A DNA stretch of 58,939 nt. Source: Actinomycetes bacterium (lineage in GTDB: Bacteria > Actinomycetota > Acidimicrobiia > Acidimicrobiales > JANYDT01). The DNA lies in the NCBI GenBank assembly GCA_031368095.1, contig JANLQX010000514.1, forward strand, positions 1-58,939, written 5' to 3'. Below the pieces are notes generated by a model that saw only the letters and a list, made by a program, of their open reading frames with translations, was not told the DNA's origin and did no database searches. A program made the translations under genes and the position numbers. Shown here piece after piece: positions 33,618 through 41,654 of this stretch; position 1 is the stretch's first letter, and each line of letters starts with the position of its first letter.

Positions 33618-34259
33618 ATGAGCGGATTTATGTCCTTATTCAAGCAAGAGGCACTAAAAGGGACGTACCCCCTCGCCACAGACAACCTGAAGGGCGTGCT
33701 AGTAAAACTCCCTTCCGTGACTTCTGCCATGGTTAAAACCATTAGTGCTGCTACGAATGCAAGCCCTACGGTAATCACTTCCACGGCACACGGATTCGCC
33801 AACAACGACCGCGTGTCTATTTCTGGTGCTGTCGGTAATACCGCAATCAATGGCCGCTGGAAATTGGCGTCCGTTGCCGCAAACACGTTCCAGCTTGTGG
33901 ACATCATCACTGGCGCGGCCGTAAATGGAAACGGTGTTTTCAGTGGTTCGTGCTACGTTGTCAATTTGACCACGCTACAATTCCTGACCTCGATTGACGT
34001 GGCAGCCCGCGCATCGACTTCTGGAAATCTGGGGTCGAAGACTTTTACATTGGGAGTCTTCAGCTTTGCCGTCATCACTTTCACAGCCGTCACCACAGGG
34101 CAAACCAGCCAAGCGGTGGTGTTCTACGACGACACGCCAGCCACTGACGCTACTAAACCCATCATAGCCATGGACGACGGCGCGACGAATTTACCTGTGC
34201 TCTCAAACGGTGGCGACATCACATACACTCCCAATGCCTCTGGCCTTGGGGAAATCTAA
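33618..34259 (+). CDS. Virion protein with E1-FCCH-like beta-barrel motif
   Basis: PTVITSTAHGFANNDRVSISGAVGNTAINGRWKLASVAANTFQL matches the recurrent phage FCCH-like module. Confidence 0.55.
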   Translation: MSGFMSLFKQEALKGTYPLATDNLKGVLVKLPSVTSAMVKTISAATNASPTVITSTAHGFANNDRVSISGAVGNTAINGRWKLASVAANTFQLVDIITGAAVNGNGVFSGSCYVVNLTTLQFLTSIDVAARASTSGNLGSKTFTLGVFSFAVITFTAVTTGQTSQAVVFYDDTPATDATKPIIAMDDGATNLPVLSNGGDITYTPNASGLGEI

Positions 34260-34269
34260 AGGAAGACAA

Positions 34270-34656
34270 ATGGATAATCAAAAAATTGCAATCGACTTGA
34301 TGACCGAAGACAATTTGCAGGGGGCTACTCTTGTGGAGCTTGAGCTCCTGCAAACGGAACTGGGAGCCGTGGCCAATACGTTACGGGCCAAGCAGGCTAT
34401 GGTCGCGAAGGTAACGGAAGCCAAGCAGCTGGCCGCCAATGCCGTGCGCAAGGCTGGCACCTTGACAGAAGAAGAGAAGACCGCGTTGCAGGCGCATTTT
34501 GCGGCGGAAGCCGCTATCAAGGCGTCGGACATTTCGGACGAGGAAAAAATTCTCGCGTTGGACGCGTTGAATAAAACCGAATCCAAACCTGCTGCCCAAA
34601 ATCTTGGTGGTGATCATATTACCAAGGACGCGGATCAAATAAACTCGGGTTCATAG
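34270..34656 (+). CDS. Hypothetical coiled-coil protein
   Basis: ATG 34270 follows AAGGAAG. Ala/Glu/Lys-rich. Confidence 0.55.
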   Translation: MDNQKIAIDLMTEDNLQGATLVELELLQTELGAVANTLRAKQAMVAKVTEAKQLAANAVRKAGTLTEEEKTALQAHFAAEAAIKASDISDEEKILALDALNKTESKPAAQNLGGDHITKDADQINSGS

Positions 34657-34688
34657 ACGGGGCAGCCTTTCTATACGGCGAGAATTCG

Positions 34689-34722
34689 GCCCGCCCTTTG
34701 TTAAGTCAAGGCGGGCTTTTTT
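34689..34722 (+). terminator. Rho-independent terminator
   Basis: GCCCGCCCTT...AAGGCGGGC hairpin followed by TTTTTT. Confidence 0.75.
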
Positions 34723-34747
34723 GTTTTAAGCAAAGGAGGATCTTAAA

Positions 34748-35347
34748 ATGGCTGCAATGGTCAAAACCCAAGCGGTAAGCCTACTCACAATTCAAGCGCT
34801 GGCATCAAACGCTGTTGTCATAAGCACGGTAGTGGACTGGGCTACAAAAATGGCCGCTTCCATTTTCCTGTCCTTAGGGCGAGACGACAGTGCTGGTGCA
34901 TTGGCTGTTCCGTTCAACTTCCGTGTACAGGGGACGCCAGACGCATCAGGCGACCGTCGCTGGATGGATCTGGCGGTATTCCAGTCGGGGATTACTGTCC
35001 CTGAGCCGGAGGCAATCACAGGAACGCAGAGTATTGGGGCTACAACGCTTACCTTAGCCTCTACAGTTAATTTCGCGATTGGTCAACTGGTACTGCTCAA
35101 GAATACCACCATTGGCAATAGCGAGTTTGCTCGAATAAAATCTTTCGTTGCAAATACGAGCTTTTCCCCTATTGACCCAATAACCTCTGCCCAAACAGGC
35201 TCGACGCTTTACACCCAGGCGGAGCAGTTTGTTTTGCAATTGGATTTAACCAGCATCGAAAGGGTGCGTGTAGTAGCTGATAATTCCGGTACGGGCCGGT
35301 CAGTAGTGGTCGAAGCGTATGCCATCACTGGAGACAGCTTTACTTGA
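34748..35347 (+). CDS. Hypothetical beta-rich virion protein
   Basis: RBS AAAGGAGGA upstream. The stop overlaps the start of the giant fibre gene. Confidence 0.6.
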   Translation: MAAMVKTQAVSLLTIQALASNAVVISTVVDWATKMAASIFLSLGRDDSAGALAVPFNFRVQGTPDASGDRRWMDLAVFQSGITVPEPEAITGTQSIGATTLTLASTVNFAIGQLVLLKNTTIGNSEFARIKSFVANTSFSPIDPITSAQTGSTLYTQAEQFVLQLDLTSIERVRVVADNSGTGRSVVVEAYAITGDSFT

Positions 35348-38300
35348 TTTTAAACCACGCGGCCGTACGAAACAAGCGGCCAACTTATCGTGCAGATATT
35401 GATTGTTGCAACCCGCTTGCGCGTGGACTTGTCTTTGCCGCCTACCCACTTGGTGGTAATTTCTATGATGCTATCAGCAAACAGGTGTCGGCGAATTTCT
35501 CCGTAAATCCAACAACCCGCCCAACCATCGATGGGAATAAAGCGAACACCCCTGAGATGCGAGGGACTACAGCAAACTTCCCTCAGTACACCACTCAGTT
35601 GGATCAGTTAGTAGGTAAATACTCTCTATTTGCTGAGGGATCCTTATTAACCAACGCAACGTCCTCACTTGTATTTGACTCTTTCTCGTCCGTATCTGGT
35701 AACGGCCTGGGTTTAAAGTTCGACGATCTCAACTTGATAACGAATGGGTTTTTCCTCTTCCTTCAGAACGGGAACAGCTCTGCCTCAAACGCTGATGTAC
35801 TGGGTCTCAATTCGGAAAATTTCAAGCACCGCGTGATGATTACCGGCGATGGCGCGAATGTTCGGCTGTACGCGAAAAACAAGCTGGATGTTACTGTCGT
35901 AAATGCAGTCACACCGCTAGCATCCACAACTAGGCAAACACGATTACTCTCGAGTGGTACAGCCGCCCTAGGACTAGCGCTTGCGTGGAATCGCGTGCTT
36001 TCGCTGGATGAATACCAATCGCTTTTTAATAACCCAGATCAGTTATTCAAAAGCCTTCCGCGTCGTCGGTATTTTGTTGTTGGCGCTTTCACTAAAAACC
36101 TTAGCGGGGTTTTTTCATCTACAGATGAGCCTTTTGCGATCGGTGCCATTTTAAAAGGAGCGGTCAATCTTAGTGGTGTTACAAACAAAACCGACGAAAA
36201 TGTCAACGCAGGTCTGACGGCCTTCTCAACCCCTATAGGTGGGGCAAGCATAAAAACAGACGAGGCTATTGGGCTTGCGTCCATGCTCGTTGCTCCCCCA
36301 CCTTTATCCGGGCAGAATATCAGCACTGACGAAAAGCAAAACACTGGTAATGTTTTAGTTGGCGCGCGCGCTTTAGCTGGTGCCTCGGCAACCACGGATG
36401 AAAAGACGTACACGGGATTAACCAACTCCTTGCCGTATACCGCACTCTGGGAAGAGAAAGCGAATACCAACCTCGGAAGCGTAAAACCGGCCACAGCCCC
36501 ACTAGGAGCCACCGGGTACACCGCCGTAATGACCGCGTGGGGTGGCGGTGTCTTTGGTGGTGGTTATTTTATGATCGCCTGTAACGGTGGTCACACAGAT
36601 TATGCAGGCAACGAGGTGTACGGCTTGCCTATATCCACCTATGTGCCTGTGCTTTTGCGTCAACCAACCACAAACGCAATCATAGCGGGTTCTTCGACGA
36701 TCGAGGCCTCGGGGCTTTATGCCACGGCAGCCGTAGGCAACACCCCGGACCCACAAGCACCGCGTTCCAGACATGGTTACAGCATGGCGCAGTGGTGCTC
36801 GGTTAAGTCGAAAGTGGCTTTGATGGGTGCATTCGGGGAGTACATTGCGGCTGGCCAATCCTCTGTCATTCGCTATTACGATCCGGTAGCCAATGATTGG
36901 GAAACAGGACCAACCATCCTAACCCCATTCGATGGGGCATATTCCGCAACGATTGAAGACACCTCTGGTAACCTGTGGTTTCTTGGTGCCGGTTCTGGTG
37001 GCCGGTTGAACCGAATAGTACCATCCACTGGGGTGGTCACTGAGTTTGGCGACATTTTCATGCACGCCATGCAAAGCTATCCTCGTACTGGGGTGTATGA
37101 CTCATTAAATAACAGATTTTGGGTCTTCGGTGGCAATGGCACCGTCATGGAGACGGGATACTGGGATTTAAACAACCTAAGTGGAAATGTTGATTTTACC
37201 AGCGTGACGCCAACTGGCGACACAAACATTCTGCTGCAACCAGCCCCCGGCGCCGCGTGGTTTGCTGGTGACAATAAAATTATTCTCTGGAGCGGGGGCA
37301 CATCTGTAACCGTCTTCGACCCAACCACGTTCAAAGCGCAGTCGATCAGCCTAAATTCAGCCAACACCGTGACGCCTACTGCTGCCCAAGGAAACGGCAC
37401 ATACGGCAGATTTAGAGCGATTGGGCCAGACTCGTTTCTTGGTGTCAACTCCATGGACGGAAACTTTTTCAAACTACTGCTGCGCGGGGCGGATGTTTCC
37501 TTAGCTGGGTCAAACTCCCCGTCCGACTCCGTGACGCGCAACGGCAGCGCAGCCAACACAAGCGTCGGCCTATCCGGAAGTTTCTCAACCCCTGACTCGG
37601 ACATAAAACCCGGCACAGCTTTGATATCAAGCCAACCACTGCTGGGGACTGTTGGGGTGACGGATGAGTCTACTTTCCTAGGAGCTTTAGGGCTCGGCGC
37701 ACGGGCTTTGAGCGGCCAGTTTGCAGCGTCAGACATGGTAACAGCTCCTGGGGGCGTGGCGGCTTCCAGAAACATCCCTGGGGCCAATTTACTCACAGAC
37801 GAGGCAGCCAATAGCGGGGTGCTATCCCCATCAACCACGATACTGGGCGCTGGAAATTCCAGCGACGAGAGGGCATATGCCGGAGTCGCCGCCGTTAGTG
37901 CGCTGGCCCTAGCTGGTAACAATAGCCGGACAGATGAAAAAGCAAATATAGGTATCGCCTCTTCAGGATCGGTTAATCTTCCCGGAGCAGCGAACACCAC
38001 GGATGAAAAGCTCAATACCGGAGGCGTATCGCCCGCAACGTCCATACTAGGTGCAGGATGTTCAAGCGACGAGAAGCTTAATGCCGGAGTCTCAACCCTT
38101 GGTGCAACAGGCCTCCTTGGTAATGGCATCCAAACGGACGAAAAGTCAATCGCCGGGATTGCTGGTTTGGGTTCGCTTAACCTCTCAGGAGCGCCAAACA
38201 CCACCGATGAAAAACAGAACCCTGGAAGCGCCTTAGCATCCATAGGGCTCTCCGGCCAGTTCGTTCTCACAGACGACGGGTTTAGGTTGTCCACCATTGC

Positions 38301-39018
38301 CATGGGTCCATTAGCCTTGTCAGCGGCTTTCATCCCCACGGATGAAAAAAGCTATGCAGGCACACTAGGATTAAGCTTAGGGCCACAAAGCCTCTCGGGG
38401 GCCTATGCGTCCAGCGATGATGCTGCACGGGTAGGCACAATACAGCCAGGAGGCATTTCGCTTACCGGGACTTTTGCGCGGAACGATGAGCGTGCATATT
38501 CCGGTGGACTGGCTATGATCAGGGCTCTCCAAGGGTTAAGCATTTTAACGGATGAGCAGGCAAGTCAAGCGTCAATCGCGGTCAGTGCTTTTAACATTTC
38601 TGGTCAAAATATCCGTCCTGATGAAATCGCCGGCTTAGGTCAGGTCGGGGCCCTTCGCGCTTTGCTCGGGGCTGCGTTCGCCTCGGATGAAAAATCCCTG
38701 AGCGGGCTATTTGATTTTGCTACCGGACTTGCAGGTTCGAATATTCGACCTGATGAGAAAACCTTTGCAGGCACATTAGCTTTGGGGCTGGGTCCGCAAG
38801 GTCTATTCGGAGCGTTTACATTCAGTGATGAAGGTAATAGGTCGGGACTAATACATTCGAGCGCAATATCTCTAAATGGATCCTTTTCTTTCACCGATGA
38901 GCGTACTTATTCCGATTCCGGATCTAATGAATTAAGCTATTATGAATTGATAGAATGGGTTTCGGAAATAATTACACTTATTAGAGGGCAGAGCCCGATA
39001 GAATCGAGCGCCGCATGA
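35344..39018 (+). CDS. 1224-aa fibre-like protein: LamG-like N-domain, propeller-like middle, two blocks of ~22-25-aa [ST]DE[KR] repeats
   Basis: LALAWNRVLSLDEYQSLFNNP is LamG-like. GGGYFMIACNGGHTDYAGNEVYGL, RYYDPVANDWETGP and NRFWVFGGNG are Kelch/propeller-like. There are 5 repeats at nt ~36115-36430 and ~19 repeats at ~37650-38920. Confidence 0.75.
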   Translation: MILNHAAVRNKRPTYRADIDCCNPLARGLVFAAYPLGGNFYDAISKQVSANFSVNPTTRPTIDGNKANTPEMRGTTANFPQYTTQLDQLVGKYSLFAEGSLLTNATSSLVFDSFSSVSGNGLGLKFDDLNLITNGFFLFLQNGNSSASNADVLGLNSENFKHRVMITGDGANVRLYAKNKLDVTVVNAVTPLASTTRQTRLLSSGTAALGLALAWNRVLSLDEYQSLFNNPDQLFKSLPRRRYFVVGAFTKNLSGVFSSTDEPFAIGAILKGAVNLSGVTNKTDENVNAGLTAFSTPIGGASIKTDEAIGLASMLVAPPPLSGQNISTDEKQNTGNVLVGARALAGASATTDEKTYTGLTNSLPYTALWEEKANTNLGSVKPATAPLGATGYTAVMTAWGGGVFGGGYFMIACNGGHTDYAGNEVYGLPISTYVPVLLRQPTTNAIIAGSSTIEASGLYATAAVGNTPDPQAPRSRHGYSMAQWCSVKSKVALMGAFGEYIAAGQSSVIRYYDPVANDWETGPTILTPFDGAYSATIEDTSGNLWFLGAGSGGRLNRIVPSTGVVTEFGDIFMHAMQSYPRTGVYDSLNNRFWVFGGNGTVMETGYWDLNNLSGNVDFTSVTPTGDTNILLQPAPGAAWFAGDNKIILWSGGTSVTVFDPTTFKAQSISLNSANTVTPTAAQGNGTYGRFRAIGPDSFLGVNSMDGNFFKLLLRGADVSLAGSNSPSDSVTRNGSAANTSVGLSGSFSTPDSDIKPGTALISSQPLLGTVGVTDESTFLGALGLGARALSGQFAASDMVTAPGGVAASRNIPGANLLTDEAANSGVLSPSTTILGAGNSSDERAYAGVAAVSALALAGNNSRTDEKANIGIASSGSVNLPGAANTTDEKLNTGGVSPATSILGAGCSSDEKLNAGVSTLGATGLLGNGIQTDEKSIAGIAGLGSLNLSGAPNTTDEKQNPGSALASIGLSGQFVLTDDGFRLSTIAMGPLALSAAFIPTDEKSYAGTLGLSLGPQSLSGAYASSDDAARVGTIQPGGISLTGTFARNDERAYSGGLAMIRALQGLSILTDEQASQASIAVSAFNISGQNIRPDEIAGLGQVGALRALLGAAFASDEKSLSGLFDFATGLAGSNIRPDEKTFAGTLALGLGPQGLFGAFTFSDEGNRSGLIHSSAISLNGSFSFTDERTYSDSGSNELSYYELIEWVSEIITLIRGQSPIESSAA

Positions 39019-39332
39019 GTCAGAAAATTGGATCTGATTTCGATCTTGTTCTAGACACTAAAAAAGTGATTATAGGCTATTCAAGCATTAAGATAAAATA
39101 CCAGAAACCAATACTGGAAGGCGCTGTTCCAGTGACTGGGTTTCTAACTGGATCCGTATATGGAACAGGAAGCCTTAAAATAAAAGTTTCAGTTCCCGGA
39201 TCTTTATGGAATGCTTTGGGTATTTGGAGTTTTATAACATGGGTAGAATTTTCGGATGGGCGGATCCTAAAGGGAAATAAGAATTTCGACTTAGAGGCAA
39301 CAGAGGAATTTTCGGATAGTACTTGTTGTTAA
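39015..39332 (+). CDS. Hypothetical small beta protein
   Basis: ATGA coupling to the fibre gene; 105 codons. Confidence 0.55.
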   Translation: MSQKIGSDFDLVLDTKKVIIGYSSIKIKYQKPILEGAVPVTGFLTGSVYGTGSLKIKVSVPGSLWNALGIWSFITWVEFSDGRILKGNKNFDLEATEEFSDSTCC

Positions 39333-39350
39333 ACATTTAAAGGAGTAGCT

Positions 39351-40499
39351 ATGGCAGAAGCAATGTTGGAACGGAAAAGACAGGTCTTAATCAAGCTGGA
39401 AGCAGTAAGCGGGACGCCCGAAACGCTCGCAGCCCCGGAAGGGAAAATGCGCGTCGCCGTCAAGCCTGATGTGACTCCTGATAACAAAAGGAATGCTCGG
39501 GATGTAGCTCGCGCCACAATGACAAACCTGCCTGGCATCCCTGGGGCAAAGTCTTCGTCGATCAAATGGAGATGCGAACTGGTTGGCTCCGGCTCTGTAT
39601 CTACTCCTCCGGCAGAAGACGCTGCGCTCCAGGCATCCGGTATGGTTCGGGCAGTCGTAAACAAGGTGCCAATTGGAACTATATCGGGAGGAACATTTTT
39701 GCGCGGTGATATAGTTACCGCTACCGGAGGCAAATCTGGCGTCCTCTTAATCAGTGCAATCCATACGGCAGGATTCCTATTCATGCGCGTGACGGCTGGA
39801 TCATTCGCGACATCCGATGTTTGCACGAACGGAACGGCGAGCGCCACGGCTTCTGGCAACCAGGCCGTGGCCGGATACTCGTATAAACCGCTCACCAATG
39901 CGCCTCCTACCGCTACAATTCGATCTGAAGAAGATGGGTACCAGAAGTCGATCAGTGGTGCTGCCGTCACTTGGAAAATGTCCATTGATGCGAACAAGCA
40001 GGGCTTCTGGGATTTCGAGGCAAAAGGTCCAAACATCAGCTACGGCGACTTGGCTTTGACGAGTGGCATAACGTACTACTCCACTCTGCCTCCAATACTT
40101 CAGTCTGCGCTCATGCGTCTGGACACGTATACTGCCGTTCTGAAGTCCTTCGGCATGGACATAGCGAATTCCGTCCCGCTCAGGGAAGATGGTAATGCGG
40201 GCACAGGCATCAAGGGTGCGCGCATCGCCAGCCGCCGCCCAATGGCTAGTGCAGGAATTGAAATGATGAACGCCAGTGACTATGATATTTACAACAAGTT
40301 CCTGGACGGTGTTGACGTAAAAGTTCAATGCCGTGTCGGTTCTGTCATAGGCAATTCCTGGTGGTTTTTCGGGGATAGGGCTAATTTCAGCGGCCTCGGA
40401 CAAACCGGAACCGATGGGCTGGTTGTTGTCACTCCGGAAATGGAACTTAACGGATTCGACGCAGGCGGAGATGATGAATTGGAAGTTCTAGCACTCTAA
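39351..40499 (+). CDS. Major tail (tube) protein candidate
   Basis: RBS AAAGGAG upstream. It is the last large gene before the G/G-T chaperone and tape measure. Confidence 0.55.
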   Translation: MAEAMLERKRQVLIKLEAVSGTPETLAAPEGKMRVAVKPDVTPDNKRNARDVARATMTNLPGIPGAKSSSIKWRCELVGSGSVSTPPAEDAALQASGMVRAVVNKVPIGTISGGTFLRGDIVTATGGKSGVLLISAIHTAGFLFMRVTAGSFATSDVCTNGTASATASGNQAVAGYSYKPLTNAPPTATIRSEEDGYQKSISGAAVTWKMSIDANKQGFWDFEAKGPNISYGDLALTSGITYYSTLPPILQSALMRLDTYTAVLKSFGMDIANSVPLREDGNAGTGIKGARIASRRPMASAGIEMMNASDYDIYNKFLDGVDVKVQCRVGSVIGNSWWFFGDRANFSGLGQTGTDGLVVVTPEMELNGFDAGGDDELEVLAL

Positions 40500-40512
40500 A
40501 AAAGGGGATACA

Positions 40513-40737
40513 GTGGAAAAGGAATTTAGCTTTAAGATCAACGCTCAGAAGGCTTTTCAGGCCTTCCTTTTTGGCGCGTTTCCATCCGCTCTGATCTGTA
40601 TGGAGGATGCGACGCGATCGGGAACAGTTGATTCTCGCAAGGTACTGATTGGAGCCGCCCTATCTGCATGTCTCGCTGGAGGCAGGTCGGTACAAAATTG
40701 GATGAAAAACAAGGATGTGAAAGACCCGAACAATTGA
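40513..40737 (+). CDS. Small two-helix membrane protein (r1t/LL-H-type holin-like)
   Basis: AQKAFQAFLFGAFPSALICMED...VLIGAALSACLAGGRSVQNWM gives two hydrophobic segments arranged as in r1t-type holins. Confidence 0.4.
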   Translation: MEKEFSFKINAQKAFQAFLFGAFPSALICMEDATRSGTVDSRKVLIGAALSACLAGGRSVQNWMKNKDVKDPNN

Positions 40738-40800
40738 ACTAGGAAGTATTATTTAAACACCGTTATGGAATAACATATTCCAGAATAAAGGAAGGACGCT

Positions 40801-41217
40801 ATGAGATTCTTAAATCCTAAACAGACTTGGTTCGTTTCTACACCGGAGGATGAATTGCTTCCGGTTGAGGAGAGGACTGTTTTCCATTTGCGGACGCTCA
40901 CGGTTGACGAAGACACCTATCTGCAAGATCGCTTGGGATCGGTGAGCGACGACGGCATGAACATCAAGCTTGGATCACAGGAGCTTATCGCTATCAATAT
41001 TGGTTTGGACAAGGTTGAAACCCCAGAAGTGGATGAAAACGGAAATCCAATCCTATTCGAACGCGACGAAAAAAAGGCGTTTATCCACGGCATCGACAGA
41101 AAGATTCGCCCATGGAAATCCGAGAGCTTGTCTCGGTTGGACAAAAAAACTAGAAGCTTTCTCGCCAAGTCCATTATTGACGGTCCGAAGCTCAAGGAGG
41201 CGGAAGTAAAAAACTGA
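40801..41217 (+). CDS. Tail assembly chaperone G
   Basis: Position directly upstream of the tape measure. It ends ...EAEVKN-TGA with a slippery heptamer on its last codons. Confidence 0.7.
   Translation: MRFLNPKQTWFVSTPEDELLPVEERTVFHLRTLTVDEDTYLQDRLGSVSDDGMNIKLGSQELIAINIGLDKVETPEVDENGNPILFERDEKKAFIHGIDRKIRPWKSESLSRLDKKTRSFLAKSIIDGPKLKEAEVKN
41208..41214 (+). promoter_or_regulatory. -1 programmed ribosomal frameshift slippery heptamer A_AAA_AAC
   Basis: In the G frame the sequence reads GTA AAA AAC TGA. The -1 frame is open from 41181 to 41654. Confidence 0.7.
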
Positions 41218-41654
41218 TACTCTCATCCAGTATTTACTCCGGGCATCTTTCGCCTCACACATGCCCAACTGATGAAGTCAGCAGGGAAGCGTGGGGGTGT
41301 GATGCACCGGCCGCCACGGCAGGGTGGGAGTTGGTTTGTTGGCGGTGCGTCGGTCAAAAATATCAGGAGGAGGCGTGGATATGTCCAGAATGCAAAGGGA
41401 TTGGAAAGGTGCCTCAAGACCGGTGCCCGAACGCGATCAGATCGAAGCCGGGGAGAGAATTGTTTCTGGCCTATCAAAGATTCAAAATGTATTCGGTCCT
41501 GCCTACATCGGGAGGGCTATACGAGCAGTCGGCCGCCTTCCTCAAGACTTTGGAATTGTGCGACACGGCAATAGCATACCTCGACCGGAAGCGGGACGAG
41601 TGGAATCAGTTTCTAAGGGATAAGGCAGAGAAGAGAGCAAATCGAGATGTCTAA
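41214..41654 (+). CDS. T segment of the G-T frameshift fusion (carries a CxxC...CxxC Zn-ribbon)
   Basis: The -1 frame reads LILSSSIYSG...VCWRCVGQKYQEEAWICPECKGIG...LPTSGGLYEQSAAFLKTLEL. Its stop overlaps the tape-measure ATG (ATGTCTAA). Confidence 0.6.
   Translation: MILSSSIYSGHLSPHTCPTDEVSREAWGCDAPAATAGWELVCWRCVGQKYQEEAWICPECKGIGKVPQDRCPNAIRSKPGRELFLAYQRFKMYSVLPTSGGLYEQSAAFLKTLELCDTAIAYLDRKRDEWNQFLRDKAEKRANRDV

Noticed and set aside
37077-38339. 420-aa minus-strand ORF opposite the fibre gene repeats
   Set aside because: It mirrors the Gly/Ala/Ser-rich repeat block of the + strand gene, which has coupling to both neighbours and recognisable domains. No start context is visible. This is a shadow ORF.
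36115-38920. Nucleotide-level tandem repeat or recent expansion in the fibre gene
   Set aside because: The periodicity is clear in the protein, but the codons differ from unit to unit. I could not find long identical DNA units by eye, so I do not report it as a DNA repeat feature.
39329-40403. Minus-strand ORFs 39329..40036 and 39801..40403 opposite the tail tube candidate
   Set aside because: The + strand ORF has a strong AAAGGAG RBS and fits the unidirectional late operon. The minus ORFs overlap each other and have no signals.
41272-41623. Alternative ORFs 41272..41574 and 41324..41623 between the chaperone and tape measure
   Set aside because: They overlap the -1 frame that connects seamlessly to the slippery site and to the tape-measure start. 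Their translations are Arg/Gly-rich and lack motifs. Only the frame of 41331..41654 is retained.
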